Positions 43,668 through 57,847 of a stretch of 64,000 bases of DNA are shown one piece after another. Origin of the DNA: Macrostomum lignano (lineage: Eukaryota). Within the stretch, counting starts at the first letter, position 1, and every line of letters starts with the position of its first letter. The position numbers were made by a program, and so were the translations under genes. A model generated the notes under the pieces. That model was not told the DNA's origin, made no database searches, and saw only the letters and a program-made list of their open reading frames with translations. The stretch lies in NCBI GenBank assembly GCA_002269645.1, contig NIVC01000570.1, positions 310,001-374,000 on the forward strand. The letters are read 5' to 3'.

Positions 43668-46079
43668 ATGAGCCACATCGCACATCGAAATCGCTTCATC
43701 GATCGGAAGATTCAGACAACTCACAGCTGACCGGACTTTGAACTTTAATTTGAAACCGCCCAATTCTGAATGGTAAACGTGAAATCCATACAGTCTTTAT
43801 TTGCTGATCAGTTTTACCAAATATAACAACAAGCAGAATCTAATAAGGCACCAAATGCAACAATAATATATGTGTGATTGAGCTCAGTAAATTTCTTTAA
43901 GTTACGAGTCGTCATGTGGAGCATTCGTAGATATATCTAACTTGCAGATAACAATTGATACTGATACATTGATACATTGACTCATATCCTTTCCGGACAC
44001 ATCGTGCATCGAAGTTGCTTTATCAAAGCTGACTGGACTCTAAAGTCTGACTTGAATATGTTGATTTGATGATGATGCAATGCAGAGATTGTTTTTTTCG
44101 CATGAAATTCAATGTGAATGTGTTACCTTAGAGATACTTGTTTAAAAGTTTTTGGGTATCCCTTCATTTTCGCCGAATAATAAGTATCATTACAAAAATT
44201 GTATTATTTTTTTATTGCAGTTTGAAATTTTTCCGTTTATTTTTTTCATTTCTTTGGGCGATTTCTAGCTCGTCACCGTAAATATGTACAAACAATATCT
44301 CTGAGATTGTGAGTGCACTATTTACCAGGAAGGTGTGATGTGTCCTTGGGCGGTCCGGCTGAATTTCCTAGATGAGAAGCTCACCTTTCTGTACTTTTTG
44401 TAAGATGACAATCGTTAGTGGCTTTACTGAATTTGCGCTAGGAGAACTGACATATGGTAAATGGACAACATTGAAGGCCTCGTGCCGTAGACTTTGAATT
44501 ACACAACTAGCTAAATGGAAGGCATGAGCCCAAAAATTTGGTGCCCGTCCATTGGGACTCACTTGAGATTCGGGTTCGGATTCGGGAACCCTAGGCCGAT
44601 GAGAGTGCTCAGCGATAGCGAGAGCACTGCCGCTGGGTCAGATATTAACCATCGGGTCCTACTGCACCTGATTTCTGACCTTTCTTCTAGCAAACCGGTG
44701 TATCACCGGAAAGGGGAAGGGGATAGAAGGCGGAAACGAGCGATTAAACTTTCCTCGGCCTGTCCAACGCTTGGTAGAGTCGAGTCACAGGCCAAAAGAA
44801 AGGCACAGGCCGATCCCAAAGTCAATGCTGCGCTTGGCCTTCTGTAAGCGGCGGTTCGGCGACCGTAGCGACAGCTCTGACCCGGCCCAGGGCGCTAAAC
44901 CTGCCAAATGGAGTCGGAAACAAAGCCGGGTGTTCGGAAGTTGAAGTTCGAAGCCAGTGCTTTTCTCGGCTACTTTGATGGGGTCCGAGGAAAAAGACCA
45001 AGATGAAGAAACCTCCTCCATTCCGTCATCGGAGCTTGAAGAATCTGTCGGGGGCTGAGGGGTGAGGAGACCATGGACGTCGACTAAGTCCCACCTACCG
45101 GACAAACCCTGACGGCCTGAGACGAGGACGAACTGCTGTCTAGTTTCCTTGATAGCCTCGAAAATCGCATCAGAACTTGAATTTTGTACAGTATGGCTAA
45201 GCTCCACACTGCTAAAGGAGCTAATGTCTAGAAATATATTTAAAGCATTGTGAACTTGCTTTAGTAAATTTGATGACGATGGCCAGTTGTAAAGGCCGGT
45301 CGTCATCCTGATCCGGAAACCATGAATGGGCAGCAGTAAGTTGCTCAACATTCCTTCTCGCTACTTTGACTTCAATGTGTGGGGCTTCAATACTAGTTCT
45401 CTAAGTTATCAATCATCAAGTTGTCACATCTCTAGGAGATTTCCCACAAAATGGGTACCAGCTCCATGATAGTTCTATGGATCGAATTGGCTCCACATTT
45501 CCTAAATCAGCTCGCACATTTGATAACCGATTTTTCACAACAAGAAGAGAAAATTCTGTTAACTCTACAGTTATTTAGCTGCTTAGTCACTTGTTTGTGA
45601 CGAGTTAAGAATCGCCATAAGAATTCATAAAGCAAACGAAAAAGTTAGGAAATGTTATTTTATACGCGTAATTGCACAATCGCCGATTATGTTGTGAACT
45701 CATTTCAAATAATAAAGTTTGGCAAAAACGAATATATATAATCCATATGTGCCGAATGAGTACCTTATCGCATCAACACTTTCTGATTACTTTAATACAA
45801 AAACTTTTATCTGAAAGTCCTCCACATGACGACTGGCAACTTGAAGAAATTTACAAAGCTCAACAACACAAATATTATTGTTGCATCAAGTGTCTAATTA
45901 CGCTCGTAGCTTCTGCTTGTTGTTATATTTGGTAAAACTGTTCAGCGAATAAGGGCTTGTGTTAATTTTAGTTTACCATTCAGAATTAGGCGGTTTCAAA
46001 TCAAAATTTAAAGTCCTGTCAGCTGTGAGTTGTCATTCTTCCGATCGATGAAGCGACTTCGATGTGCGATGTGGCTCAT

Positions 46080-46262
46080 CTAACCATGAAAATGAACGTG
46101 GAAGCCCTTCTTCCTCAGCTTCGGGAACTGCTCCTCCGACAGCTTGGAATCGTCCGAGTCGGACGGATCCTCCTTTGACTCACTTTCGGCCTTGGCCTCC
46201 GAGGGCTGGGCAACGGCCAGGGCTGCGAACACCAGAAGTCCGAGAACCAGTTGCCACTTCAT
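46080..46262 (-). CDS. His-rich peptide precursor, copy 5
   Basis: 60 aa, same protein as copy 4. Confidence 0.85.
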   Translation of the reverse strand: MKWQLVLGLLVFAALAVAQPSEAKAESESKEDPSDSDDSKLSEEQFPKLRKKGFHVHFHG

Positions 46263-47089
46263 GATTGCTTGAGTCGAGTCGATTCTTCGAGTTGTGTGTA
46301 GATTGAGTCGAGTCTAAGCTTGTTGGGTTGAGTAGTCGGCTGTCGGCGAATTTATAAACATCGGATCGGCACGTGTTTTCGGTCCGTCGAGCGGTGTAGT
46401 TTGAGCTGAATGCTTTCACGTGAGCAGAGACAGGCATTGCTTTAAGTGAATATCATGTAGCGTTTGTTTGCTTGTTGACGCCTGAGGAATGAAACGAGTT
46501 ACAGCTCTACGGTTTTCTCAGTGCAAGCATACCCACCGCACCGCCATGTACTCCGTTTACTTCACCGATCATTCAATCCTAATTTTATTTTCTGTGATTT
46601 GTTTGGAAATATTATGTCCTAGCGATTCAATTTTGTTCATGAAAGGCACTCGCTTCTAATTTTAATGTTTCAAACGTTAGGAGCTTTTTTGATGTGCTCT
46701 TTGTTTTTGTAGGCATGTGAACATGCCAGGAAAGGAGATATGGTTTAAAGAAAAAAGTATTTCTCACACAAGATCACCTATTCCACCTGCCGTCTTCGTG
46801 TCGCGCCACTTTTTTTAACTTTCCGTATTCTGAGTTGTTAAATCGTACATTGCAAGTCATTAACACTTTTTTCGCTAAAGCCCGTACGTCAACCCCGCTT
46901 TCTAGTCAGTCGAGAATCAATATGCCTAGCACAAGCCCTTAAATTTTTCTCGTGTAGCGACTATTGCCAATGTGAGGCTTTTCTCTGGTTGACAATCACC
47001 GCTTGCTGCCTCCTAGTCTCTTAAACAGCTTGAACCCGATCAGATTGGACACACTTGACTGTTAAATTTCTGGCAGACTCACGCCAATT

Positions 47090-47620
47090 GTCAGCGACCA
47101 AGTTGCTTCCAAGCTTCGTTGTCAGTGTATTTGTTTATCGTTCGCCGATCCTGCTGAGAGACAGAGACTCTTCTAATACCAAGTCCATCTGGCAGCATCT
47201 CAAGGAGTTTACTCACTACAGGGATCAAGAGTGTTTTGTACAAATATTTTAACAGTAATCTGGGTCCATCTGTCGTAGAGGCTTTTGCTCTCAGCATCAT
47301 AGGCACCAGGGTCCCCTTCATCAACGTCTGGACGGCGGCGACCGTCGGGACCTTCCACAAAAGCACCCGATCGGCATCTCAGAGACGGCTGCGTTCCCAA
47401 AATTGAAATGGAAGAACCCTCTTCTGTCAGTAGACATAATCGGTGGATGAAATGGACGATGGCGACCCTCTAGGCTGACCTGTAGACATACAGGCATCAT
47501 GTCTGCCAGCTTTGCTGTTGCAATTTCTGTAGCGCTCGCACCAGGAAATGAAGCCCTTGGCGTCGTTGTCTGTGGCTCCATTTTCTGTGAGATATCTGTG
47601 CAACAGTTGCGCCTCAGTGA
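47090..47620 (-). pseudogene. Frameshifted ORF remnant, possibly a LINE ORF1/RRM-like fragment
   Basis: Overlapping minus ORFs (MAVTEAQLLHRYL..., ...ITVKIFVQNTLDPCSE, LLEMLPDGLGIRRV...) look like one broken reading frame; family call is weak. Confidence 0.25.
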
Positions 47621-48446
47621 CTGCCATTGTGCAAGAACGCAACCGGTTTATGAATACGATTTTAGTATGATTCCGGAAATTTGCGATGGAAAGACTGAAG
47701 AACTGAAGATGTGCTGGTTTTTGTAACAGTGCAATCCCTCGCATCGCTGTGCCTCCCTTTCTTCCGGGCGGTTATTCTTTCTTGATTGCCGAGCCTTAGG
47801 GCTTCGCGATGGCTGCTCTGAAAGTTCTGTGATTACTTATATATAGGGCCTACGGGGATGTATTGATTTCACTGTGGGACGCAGACGCGTGTGTTTTATG
47901 CCGGGATTATAATTATAGACTTTCAGCCGCCAGTTAAATCTGCAACTCTCCAATTTAACATGGTGAAAAAGCATTGCATAATATCCAAACATGCCTGGTT
48001 TGGTGCCTTGATAGAAAAATCACGATGTTGGGGTGCCCGCTCGTCAGGGCCGCGTGGTGGCACTCCGTTGAAGGTCCCGAAGGTCGCCTGTATGTCTGAT
48101 GTGACCTGATGTCGCCTGATGTGACCATGTTGACTGGCGATGTGACCGTGTTTGACTGGGGCAGTACAGTGCAGTGCAGTGCGGTGCGTAGGATAAATTT
48201 TCACTGAGAAAACGTTGGGCGGTACTTGTTTGATTGCTCGGGTGTCAAGAAGCAAATAAACGCTACATGATATTCGCATAAAGCAACGCCTGTCTCTGCC
48301 AATGCGAAAGCCTTCATTCAATTCAAACAACGCACTACAACGGACCGGTCAACGGTCCGGAAACACGTGCCGATCCGATGCGCATAAATTAACAGCTGCC
48401 GACTGCTCAACACAACAAGCTCAGACTCGACTCGACTCAAGCAATC

Positions 48447-48638
48447 ATGAAGTGGCAACTGGTTCTCGGACTTCTGCTGTTCGCAGCCCTGGCCGTCGCC
48501 GAGCCTTCCCAGGAGGAGAACGACAAGGGCCAAATTGATTCGAAGGATGATCGGACCGATATGGACGTTTCCGACCTGTCGGATGAGCAGTTCCCGAAGC
48601 TCAGAAAGAAATTCCACCTTCATTTACCTGGTAAATAA
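48447..48638 (+). CDS. His-rich peptide precursor, copy 6 (divergent subtype, ends RKKFHLHLPGK)
   Basis: 63 aa; same signal peptide family, different acidic spacer. Confidence 0.82.
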   Translation: MKWQLVLGLLLFAALAVAEPSQEENDKGQIDSKDDRTDMDVSDLSDEQFPKLRKKFHLHLPGK

Positions 48639-49394
48639 GCAACATCGTAAATCGAAATCGCTTCAAGAATCGGAAGATTACGACAACTCACAGCTGACCG
48701 GACTTTGATCTCTGACTCGGAACCACCCAATTCTGAATGGTAAACTTGAAATCTACTCGGCTCTTATTCGCTGATCAGTTTTATTATCTGACAAATACAA
48801 CAGCATCGTTTAATTAGGCACCCAGTACAACGATAAGATTTTTGTTGTTAAGCTGCGTAAATTTCTTTGTAAGTCGGAAGTCATAATGGGGAGAAATTTT
48901 AAATACATTTAATTTTAATTAATGATCTTAAAATATGACAGCAAAAATAGCTGTTTCGAAGGAGCGACTTTTCCAAAGGCGGCTGCTGCTCGCAAAGACT
49001 GGCCGCTTGTCCACCCGGCCTGAATTTCCCCAAATTGACCTGCGTTCTACAGGTTCGCATGTTTCATAGTGTGCTGGTGGGTGGCTTGTAAAAGTAGCTG
49101 CTCTTAAATTAAGAGTAGTTTCGGAGTCAAATTGTGGTGGATGAGACCTATATGCGCGTCAATATGGTCAGCCAATGTCGTTTTTTCTGTGCCTTGTTGC
49201 ACTGTACCGATATTTTCACCCGCATACAATAGAAGCATTTACTGCTCGTTATTCCAAATATTAAAATAGAAATTTGGATTCAAAACATTCAGCACCAGGT
49301 GTATTTGTTAATACGAACTTAGCTAAAGAACACCAAAAAGTAAATGAACAAAAAAGAAACAATCAATAAAAACTTAACTACACTCTTAACTAAC

Positions 49395-49511
<117 letters not shown>

Positions 49512-49987
49512 GTATATATAGGCATAAAGATACAGCAGATAGATATATACTTTTCTATCTGAGTTCTCAGCTGAGTTTCGAGTGCCTAGAGTTAATTTTT
49601 GCACTAGACAATTGGGCAAATGAATTTTGATACAGAGTTCCGTCAGCCTCAATAAAGTGACTTCAATATACGATTTGTCATGAAAGCGACTAAAAAGTAT
49701 CTGAATGAAGATGCATTTACAAGTCCTTTACTTCACGGCTCGCAACTTGAAGATATTTACAAAGCCCAACAAAACAAACAGTATAGTTTCTTTGCGAGCC
49801 TATTTATTTGGTACTTGTTGGTATATTTAATAAAACTCGCCAGTGAATAAACACTGAGTACACTACACCTCAACCATTTAGAAATTGGGGGGGGGGGGTT
49901 AGAGTCAGAGTTCAGAGTCCGGTCGGTGGGAGTTGTGAGTGCGAGTCCCTTAATCTTCGATAAAGCGACTTCGATGTACGATTTTGT

Positions 49988-50178
49988 TTATTTACCAGGT
50001 AAATGAAAGTGGAACTTCTTCTTGAGCTTCGGGAACTGCTCATCCGGCTTCCCGGAAGCGTCCATCTCGGAGGATCATCCTTCGACTCACGTTCGCCCTT
50101 GTCGTCCTCCTCCTGGGAAGGCTCGGCGACGGTCAGGGCTGCGAACAGCAGAAGTCCGAGGGCGAGCTGCCACTTTAT
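49988..50178 (-). pseudogene. His-rich peptide precursor, copy 7 (pseudogene; would end KKKFHFHLPGK)
   Basis: Start codon ATG changed to ATA (50176-50178); 191 nt versus 192 nt in copy 6, i.e. a 1-bp deletion in the spacer. Confidence 0.8.
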
Positions 50179-51275
50179 GTTCGCTTGAGTCGAGTCAAGC
50201 CTGAGCTTGTTGTTTGTCTCTTTATTTTTCATAAAAGCCAAATGACGCTATCGATCGACTGTGGAGAAAAAATGCGCGAAATCGGGATATCTAAAGTACA
50301 GACTGTTGCACCATGGCCATCACCATGAATTCTCACTTTCAGACAACCCTCCATTAGTAAAGTTTATTTAGTCCCTTTGTAGCTTAGCCAGATCCCTCAG
50401 AGGTAAGTGAGATGATTTGGTCTACGATATGGTTTGGTACTCGTATATCCAGATTATGTCCACCTCGCAGCACCCCAACAAGTTTACACGCTACAATGAG
50501 TTCATGACTGTTTAGCACAAATTTGTTCTATTTAATCCAATGGTGAAAGCCCAGTGGTGTCGCAATTATTTAAAAGTGATCTGAAAGATTAAGTTCTGAC
50601 AGGTTGGTGTCGGAAAACGGTGGCAAGTCGGCAGTTGTCGCTCTTAGAGTTGGTAGATGGAACGAGGCGATGTAAGAATATAAGCTGCAAATGGCGCGCT
50701 ACCACGCATTTACCGCGCATTACCACGCACTACCACGCATTACCACGCATTTTCTGGTTCTTCCGCATTTTCTGCCGGGTCGAGTAAGGAATCAAATCTA
50801 AGAAATTGTAAATAGCATCTGACAAGTTGAGATCTTCAATTGGAAACTGCACTAATCGACAACAAGTCGCCGAGTCAACGATCTGTACAAATTCTGATTT
50901 CGCGAATTTCTTCTCTACAGTTGATAGATAGTGTCAGTTGCATTTACTATGCTAATGATGTGGAGTAAATACAGTGCAGTGTAGAGCGGTGCATAGGATA
51001 CATTCTCACTGAGAACACGCTAAAGCGGTACTCGTTTGATTGCTAGGGTGTCAACAAGCAAATATACGCTTCATGGTATTCGTTCAAAGCAACGCCTGTC
51101 TTTGAGGTAAAGAAAGCCTTTACCTCAAACATCGTCGCTAGACGGACCGGAAACACGTGCCGATCCGATGCGTATAAATTCGAGGCTGCCGACTGCACAA
51201 TACAACAAGCTCAGACTCGACTCAGTCTACGCACAGCTCGAAGAATCAAAGCAACTCGACTCGACTCAAGCAATC

Positions 51276-51458
51276 ATGAAGTGGCAACTGGTTCTCGGAC
51301 TTCTATTGTTCGCAGCTCTGGCCGTCGCCCAGCCCTCGGAGGCCAAAGCCGAAAGTGAGTCGAAGGAGGATCCGTCCGACTCGGACGATTCCAAGTTGTC
51401 GGAGGAGCAGTTCCCGAAGCTGAGGAAGAAGGGCTTCCACGTTCATTTTCATGGTTAG
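51276..51458 (+). CDS. His-rich peptide precursor, copy 8
   Basis: ATG at 51276; 60 aa, ends RKKGFHVHFHG. Confidence 0.85.
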   Translation: MKWQLVLGLLLFAALAVAQPSEAKAESESKEDPSDSDDSKLSEEQFPKLRKKGFHVHFHG

Positions 51459-54400
51459 ATAAGCCACATCGCACATCGAAGTCGCTTCATGAATCGGAAG
51501 ATTAAGACAAGTCACAGCTGACGGACTTTAAACATTGATTTGAAACCGCCCAATTCTGAATGGTAAACGTAAAATTAACACAAGCCCTTATTCGCTGATC
51601 AGTTTTACCAAATATAACAACAAGCAGTATCTAATTTGGCACCCAATGCAGTTATAATATTTGTATTGCTGAGCTTTGTGAATTTATTTATGCGGAGGAC
51701 TTGTAGATACATCTACTTGCATATAATGATATTTTTCATGAAACTCGGCGAAACTGTGCTGGTTAAATATTATAGCTTAGAACTCTTGATTACTGTATTC
51801 TTTTCTGCGGAATTTTTAATTTAGGATAAGTTCACGAAATAATAGGCGAACGACATTTTTTAAATGGTCATTTTCTTTTTTGGGGCGATTTGTAACTCGT
51901 CACCAATATGTGACTAAATATGGTATGCTGTAACTAACTTCAGAGTTGACAGAATGTTCTCTTGTTCTGCGGCTTGGTTAATCATTACCTACCAAATTTG
52001 CTAGCCGATTTATGAAACCTTCGATGTATGAAGCCATCATGGAATAGGGTTCGTTTCATAAGAAAATTTTAAGTGACAAGTGAATATTTGATGAGTGGCT
52101 GCTGTTGTTATATCATGCAAGAACCCTTTCTGCAGAACTAATGTATCTTTTTATGTCTTTGGCTGGAATGACCTTTCTGTTAATTCGACGCAAAAGTAAT
52201 TAGAGCTCACTTAAAAAAAGTAAATAAAATAGGAAGAACTGAAGAGCTCTGAAGTACGTAGTGCGCACATTGCAAAAAAAATGAAGTCAGAACTTTTTGA
52301 AGCAATATTGTCTAACAACTTTGCAAGCCTAGAAGCCAGCTTTGTATCTAATCCATGTATTGCCAATCGCATCGACACACACTTGCCTGCACCTCGCAGC
52401 AAGTACATTGAAGATCCTTGAACCCAACTTATAACAGTCGCGTTGCAAGACGAACTCTGCATCCAGTTCACCTGCACGATCATCAGTGGATTCCAATAAA
52501 GTAGCGGGTCCTCCCAAAACAGTTAGGGTTGTTTTACGAAGACGGCTGGTCTGCCGGATAGTGCGGCGCAAGTCGTCGGCCAGACAAATCGACGGACTGA
52601 GGGAGCAGTAGGTATCGAGAAACTGGAAGCTTCTAGCAACCTGCCATGCGGTCTAGATAGATTCGAGGTGGCAGTAGCCTTCTACAACTGGGACTCAGTT
52701 GGAAAAGCACAAGTAACGCTAATGCGACTTTCATTAAAGTGTAATGACTAATGATTAATTTGTGGCTGAGGTAGAGGCTTTCTCATTCTTAGTCGCCACA
52801 GATTATGAATAACGCTTCTAAGCTTGACGGCCTTGCGAAAATTAAGGTTGGAGTTTTCAAATACGGCTCAGTGAGAACAAAAAATCGGAATAAGAATACA
52901 AGACTTAAGAACTTTCAGTGTGGTTCGATGCGCGACAAATTTCCTGTCTAGTGATGGAAGAAACTTGCCGAGATTTTGGGAAGCTGTACCACTTCCAGAA
53001 AGTGTGCCGGTCACAGAGCGGCCGTTTAAAGCCAAGAAGGCGCCAATCATCATTAAATTTCTCGAATTCCACTAGAAGCCCAAGTGCAAGTTGAGAACCG
53101 GCCAACGGGACGTTCCTCATTGGCACTATAGAAAGCACTTCACCTATAAACTTCACGTTGAACTTCGTCTATAAGGAGAAAACTAAAGCATTTGAGTGCC
53201 AGGTCGACACGGGTGAAGCTGTGTCAGCCACGTCAAATTGCTCATGGCTTGAGATCGGATGTCAAAAATTGCAACAGAATGAGACCAAGCAGCTGAGTTA
53301 TGTTGACTCGCATTCATTTCAAAACCTAGAACGATTCAATGGCACTGTGTCTCATGAGGACTGCCATTTTATACTCGTAATTGTACAATCGCTCATTACG
53401 ATTTCCTAAGCTTATTTCAAATTGTGAAATTCGGTGAAAGGAAAAAAATGACCAATAAGTACTCAACCAGTTTCTTCGCATTAACACGTTCCCTGTAACG
53501 ATTAACCGGCAGACTCGAAATTAACTGACGAAGACAAATACAGCAGAGGCGAATTTTTTAGCGGTAGCACTTGATGATAGTAGCGAATGATGCGGGCGGT
53601 GGCCGCAGTTCTTATTTATTGTAACCGTATAAGTGGATAGTTAGGGCTCGTTATTATCAATTCCGTCTGGGTAGTTAATAGAGATGGGCCGGAGTATTTG
53701 CTGAATCCGTAAGGAATGCACTGGGCGGCTACACAACAATAAGATAGTTGATAGATGATAGAGCGAGTCGATGAGCCCTGAGGCAATGGCGACGATGTGA
53801 TGACAGTGATCGTGTGGATGCGGTGCTCGTAGCGAGAACCCTTTATAGACGGTAGTGGTGGCGTGGTCGAGAATTTGCGGTGGCGGTGGCGTGACTGAGA
53901 CTTGGCAGAGGCGTGGTTTAGAACTGCCCTATGAAAAATTGGCCCGAATTTTCACCCTTCTCTTCACCCGAAATCGTCAGCACTTTGTGGGTGTAAAAAT
54001 TGCCGGGCTACTGGCCCGGAATCGTTACGAAAAGTTCGCTTTTCGGGCGAAACACCCGTGCATGCACCCGCATTTATACCCGAATATTTACGGGCGATTC
54101 ACCCAGAATTATTCTGCGCCGAAAAATCCGGGCCAGTTAACCGATATTTTGCTTTTTAATCCGGCCCGAAGAACTGGTCATATTTCCTGCTTTTGATCTT
54201 GCGATAGTGCACGATATTATAGTACGTTTTTTGAGGGAATATAAACTTTACAGTGACTGCCAATTTTCATACTGCAAAACTTGTATGTAGTTGAATAGAA
54301 AGATGCATGTAAATGACCCCCCATCAAGAGATACATATCGAGAAAAAAATAAGGCAATTCTGGAGGGATTCAATAAGAAATTTTTGGACAAAAATGTTTA

Positions 54401-54871
54401 AACACTTGGCGACATAATAAGAGAAAAGCGTGCGCGATAGTTTATTTAAATATTTAATGAGTGCATTCAATACGTTCAGTAAGCAAAGGCATTAACATAA
54501 AAGTAATAAAAGCAAAGGAGGGTTAAGAAAACAATAGAAACAGAAACAAACAAAGTTGTAAAGAAGATAAAACGAAGGGCTTGACGTTGAGAAATGCTGA
54601 CGAAACCGTAAAAAAGAAAAATAACTAACTGTATTTATAGGGGATTTGCAGCTCAGAGATAACCAAATATACTAGTATAATGGTTTTATTCCTCGCCCTA
54701 TTGGCAGTTCTTGAACTGGTATCGTATCGACAAATATTTGGCTGAATAATTGTAATGTATGTTCGCTCTCTCGATGTACATCGTTGACTTGCATAAATAT
54801 AGCCATCACTGCCCCACGGGGGCTTCTACACTTTTTTTTTCTACACTGCCAAAAATACCGCGCGTTACAAG

Positions 54872-55930
54872 TGGTAGCAGAGCTCAGAATGGCAGAGGGC
54901 AGCCACCGCGCAATTCCGAGAACTTTTAGCTCTGGCAACTTTAGTGAGTGGCTGCAGCGGTTTGAGCTGTGTGCGACAGCCAACAAGTGGACAAACGACA
55001 AACACTTGCATCTGTCAATGTTTCTGGATGGCGAGGCTCTGGCCGTCTTCCTTGAGCTCGGCGACAAGGACAAGAGCGACTACAGTCAGGTGACCAAAGC
55101 ATTAAGATCTGAGGGCTGCGGTCAGCTCGCTGCAGGCGACGGTTCAAGATCTGGCGGCGAAGCTGGGTTCAGATGCTTTGGACTCCTGCGCGTTTCGCAG
55201 TGCGAGGAGACGGCGCGAGGTGACCTGCAGGAATTGCAACCGTCGCGGCTACATCGCCAGGAACTGCAAGCAGCCGTCGGAAAACGGCACAGCCCGGGGC
55301 GGAGCCCGCACCCCTGGCCAGTTCTGAGCGCGGGCCCCAGCGTGAGCGGACTGTTCCAGAGCGCAGAGGGGGGCGGTGCAGGCGCAGCCAGCTCCAGCGC
55401 AGCTGCTGTCGTCATCAGGCCGAACCCGTCGACATCAAAACTACAGTGCAAGGTCGGAGGTGCGGAAGTCACGGCGCTGATCGACTCTGGCAGCCAGGTG
55501 TCAATCGTGGACAAGCGGGTCCTGCAGAGCATGCAGCCAGTTCAGCTGGAGAGCGTGCACCTGAAGCTGCGGGCAGTCAACCAGCAGGCAGTGCCGGTGC
55601 AGCAGGTGGCCAGCCTGGCGGTGTCGCTCGGCGGCATCGTGCGGCAGCATCCATTCTACGTGTCGGAAGGCCTGGCAGCCGCTGTCATCATCGGGTTCGA
55701 CTTCATCAAGTCCTGCAACATTTGCCTGAACTTCAGCGACCGCGCAGAGGCGCCACCAAGGAGCTCGTGCGCGATGGACGGCGTGAGCTACCTCGACGCT
55801 GACAGCCAGCTGGAGGACCTCGAAGAGAGGCTCGGGTGCTGTCGGTTGCTGCTGCAGGAGTTCACCTTCACCATCAAGTACATAAACGGTGTCGACAACG
55901 TGGAGGCGGACGGGCTGTCGAGGATTGCGA
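54872..55930 (+). pseudogene. Internally deleted Gypsy remnant (PBS, gag, aspartic protease, RNase H tail)
   Basis: LTR-like end ...GCGTTACA followed by PBS-like TGGTAGCAGAGC (54872-54883); gag FSEWLQRFELCATANKW; knuckle CRNCNRRGYIARNC in another frame; ALIDSGSQVSI; LLLQEFTFTIKYINGVDNVEADGLSR. Confidence 0.8.
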
Positions 55931-56350
55931 GACGCTGTTGGAGCGTCGGCAGCAGAGCTGCAGCCGCAGGTGTCCAACCGAGAGATACGACAGGCGCAGC
56001 GGGCTGCTCCGAAGCTCAAGCTGGTCATCGATGCACTTTGCGGCTGAAAAGAGGCAGATCTAAGGCACGAGAGTGCAAGGAGAGGGGGTGCACACAGAAT
56101 GCACTTGTGAAATAACTAAGATAGGGAAAATATTAGCGCGACCATGTAGAAAGAAGAGAAACGATATGAAGAGAAATAGCAACATTGGGAAAGATAGGAA
56201 GAACAGAGATCAGTTATGGGTTCGGGTGCAAAGGTGACTTAAGATCCCTCCCTCCCAGTCGCAGCCACATTACGAAGCAATGAAAAAGAACAAACAGCTA
56301 GTGTAGAACAAAAACAGATGCGATAGAAAGTTCAAAGTTAGAGTACAGAT

Positions 56351-57847
56351 TTACAACTCATTGAGCGACAGGATGCGATATTGCGCTTGATTGAGCATGC
56401 CAGCGGTGTCACTGGTTAGCGTGATGCTGGGTGGCGTAGTAGCAGAAACTGGCAGCTGAGATTCTGCAGCACCAGTAGGGCTAGCTTGCTGGCCAGCCAC
56501 TCGAAGCTCTGGAGTATCTGGAGTAGAAGGAGGCGCAGTTGCAGAAAAGCGTCAATAAAAACTACAAGACTACGTTCTAAACAAGACTACAATACAAAAA
56601 ATGAAAACATTACCTGCAGGTTTGGTCTTAGTCGCCTTTCTTGCGACGATGGTCTTTTTCGGTAGCAGGCCCTCTCGGCATCGGGAGTAGGCACGCTGCA
56701 GCTCGGATTTTGTGAATTTTACATTTTGCTGGGCGCAAAATGACTTTAAAATCGACATTTTTCCGGCGTCCGGTGCCAATGCTTTTCTTCCTGAGAAGTT
56801 GCATTTCAACAGCTCATCCTTAGAGAAGAGGGCTCTAACTAAAGAGCGAAGAAATGCACCACGCTGCTTTGCAGCCTGGGCTGGGGCACAGTTTCTCATC
56901 AGATCCAGGCGCAGGTTGACGAGATGGTGCGCAGATCGAGACACTCTAGCAGCCATGTGGGAGCTAGACAGGGGCACTGTGTCACAATGGCTAGTCTCAT
57001 CCTCCAACTCTAAAGCGACCTAAGAAAGGAAAACGACAAAAAACTTCATCAGTCAAAGCTCTGGAATATGATATCGGGCTCGAATATGAAGAAATTATCT
57101 TAAATTAGTACGTGCAATTCTTCAGAACCACAGTCGGAACTACTGACCTGAGCTGCATTCTCTTCCAGTCGAGCTGATTCAGCAGCGGTTATTTGGCGAC
57201 AAATAGAGGCACCTTGCGTTGCCTCTATTTCGTCTTCAGGAGCCAGTAGATCGACAGCACGAGCTACCAGCCGCCTTGCCTTCGCGTAGCGTTCCGGTTC
57301 ACAGCTGGCTGATGCAGACTCGGAGCGGAGATGGTCGAGTTCAGCACGAGTTGCCGAGAGCTGTTCGGTTAACTCCTCCAGACGCTGTCGCAATGAGGTG
57401 TCAGTCATTGACAGATGCCCTATTTGCTGACGTGCAGCCTCTAAAGAATTCTCTGTAAAATGCAGGTATAGACAATATATGTGGTAAAATTTCTTCGTCG
57501 CATGGTAAACTCTATTGTCGGGCTGCTTGGCAGTAATGCCTCATATGCAAATACGAGGTATAATACTTCCAAAAGTATTTTACAAAAAGGTATTAAACTA
57601 CTTTATAGAATAAATAATACTTTGCAATTTGTTTACATACCAAGCTGATGGGTGGCCTGAGCTTGAGTTATCAGCTCGCGCTTTAAATTGACGCAAGACG
57701 TGCAGGTAATCGTAGTCGCATCCAAGTCACAATTAGTAGCTGATGTGGGCTCAGATTCTTTCGTCTTCTTTGGTCTGGTGGTGGAGTTGCAGTTTTTTTT
57801 GTTCGAGCGAGTCATGATACTTAACTTAGCTCGTAGCTCTTGTATCT
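56351..57847 (-). CDS. Spliced coiled-coil + BEN-domain accessory gene of the EnSpm element (at least 4 exons; first exon not found)
   Basis: Exons 57847-57641, 57452-57112, 57019-56614 and 56517-56351 join in frame across GT-AG introns; BEN-like FLRSLVRALFSKDELLKCNFSG...KMSILKSFC. Confidence 0.65.

Noticed and set aside
52250-53450. Short ORFs and GC-richer patches (also 3460-3790, 42050-42560, 44880-45350)
   Set aside because: Probably old TE debris, but I could not recognise any motif to support a call
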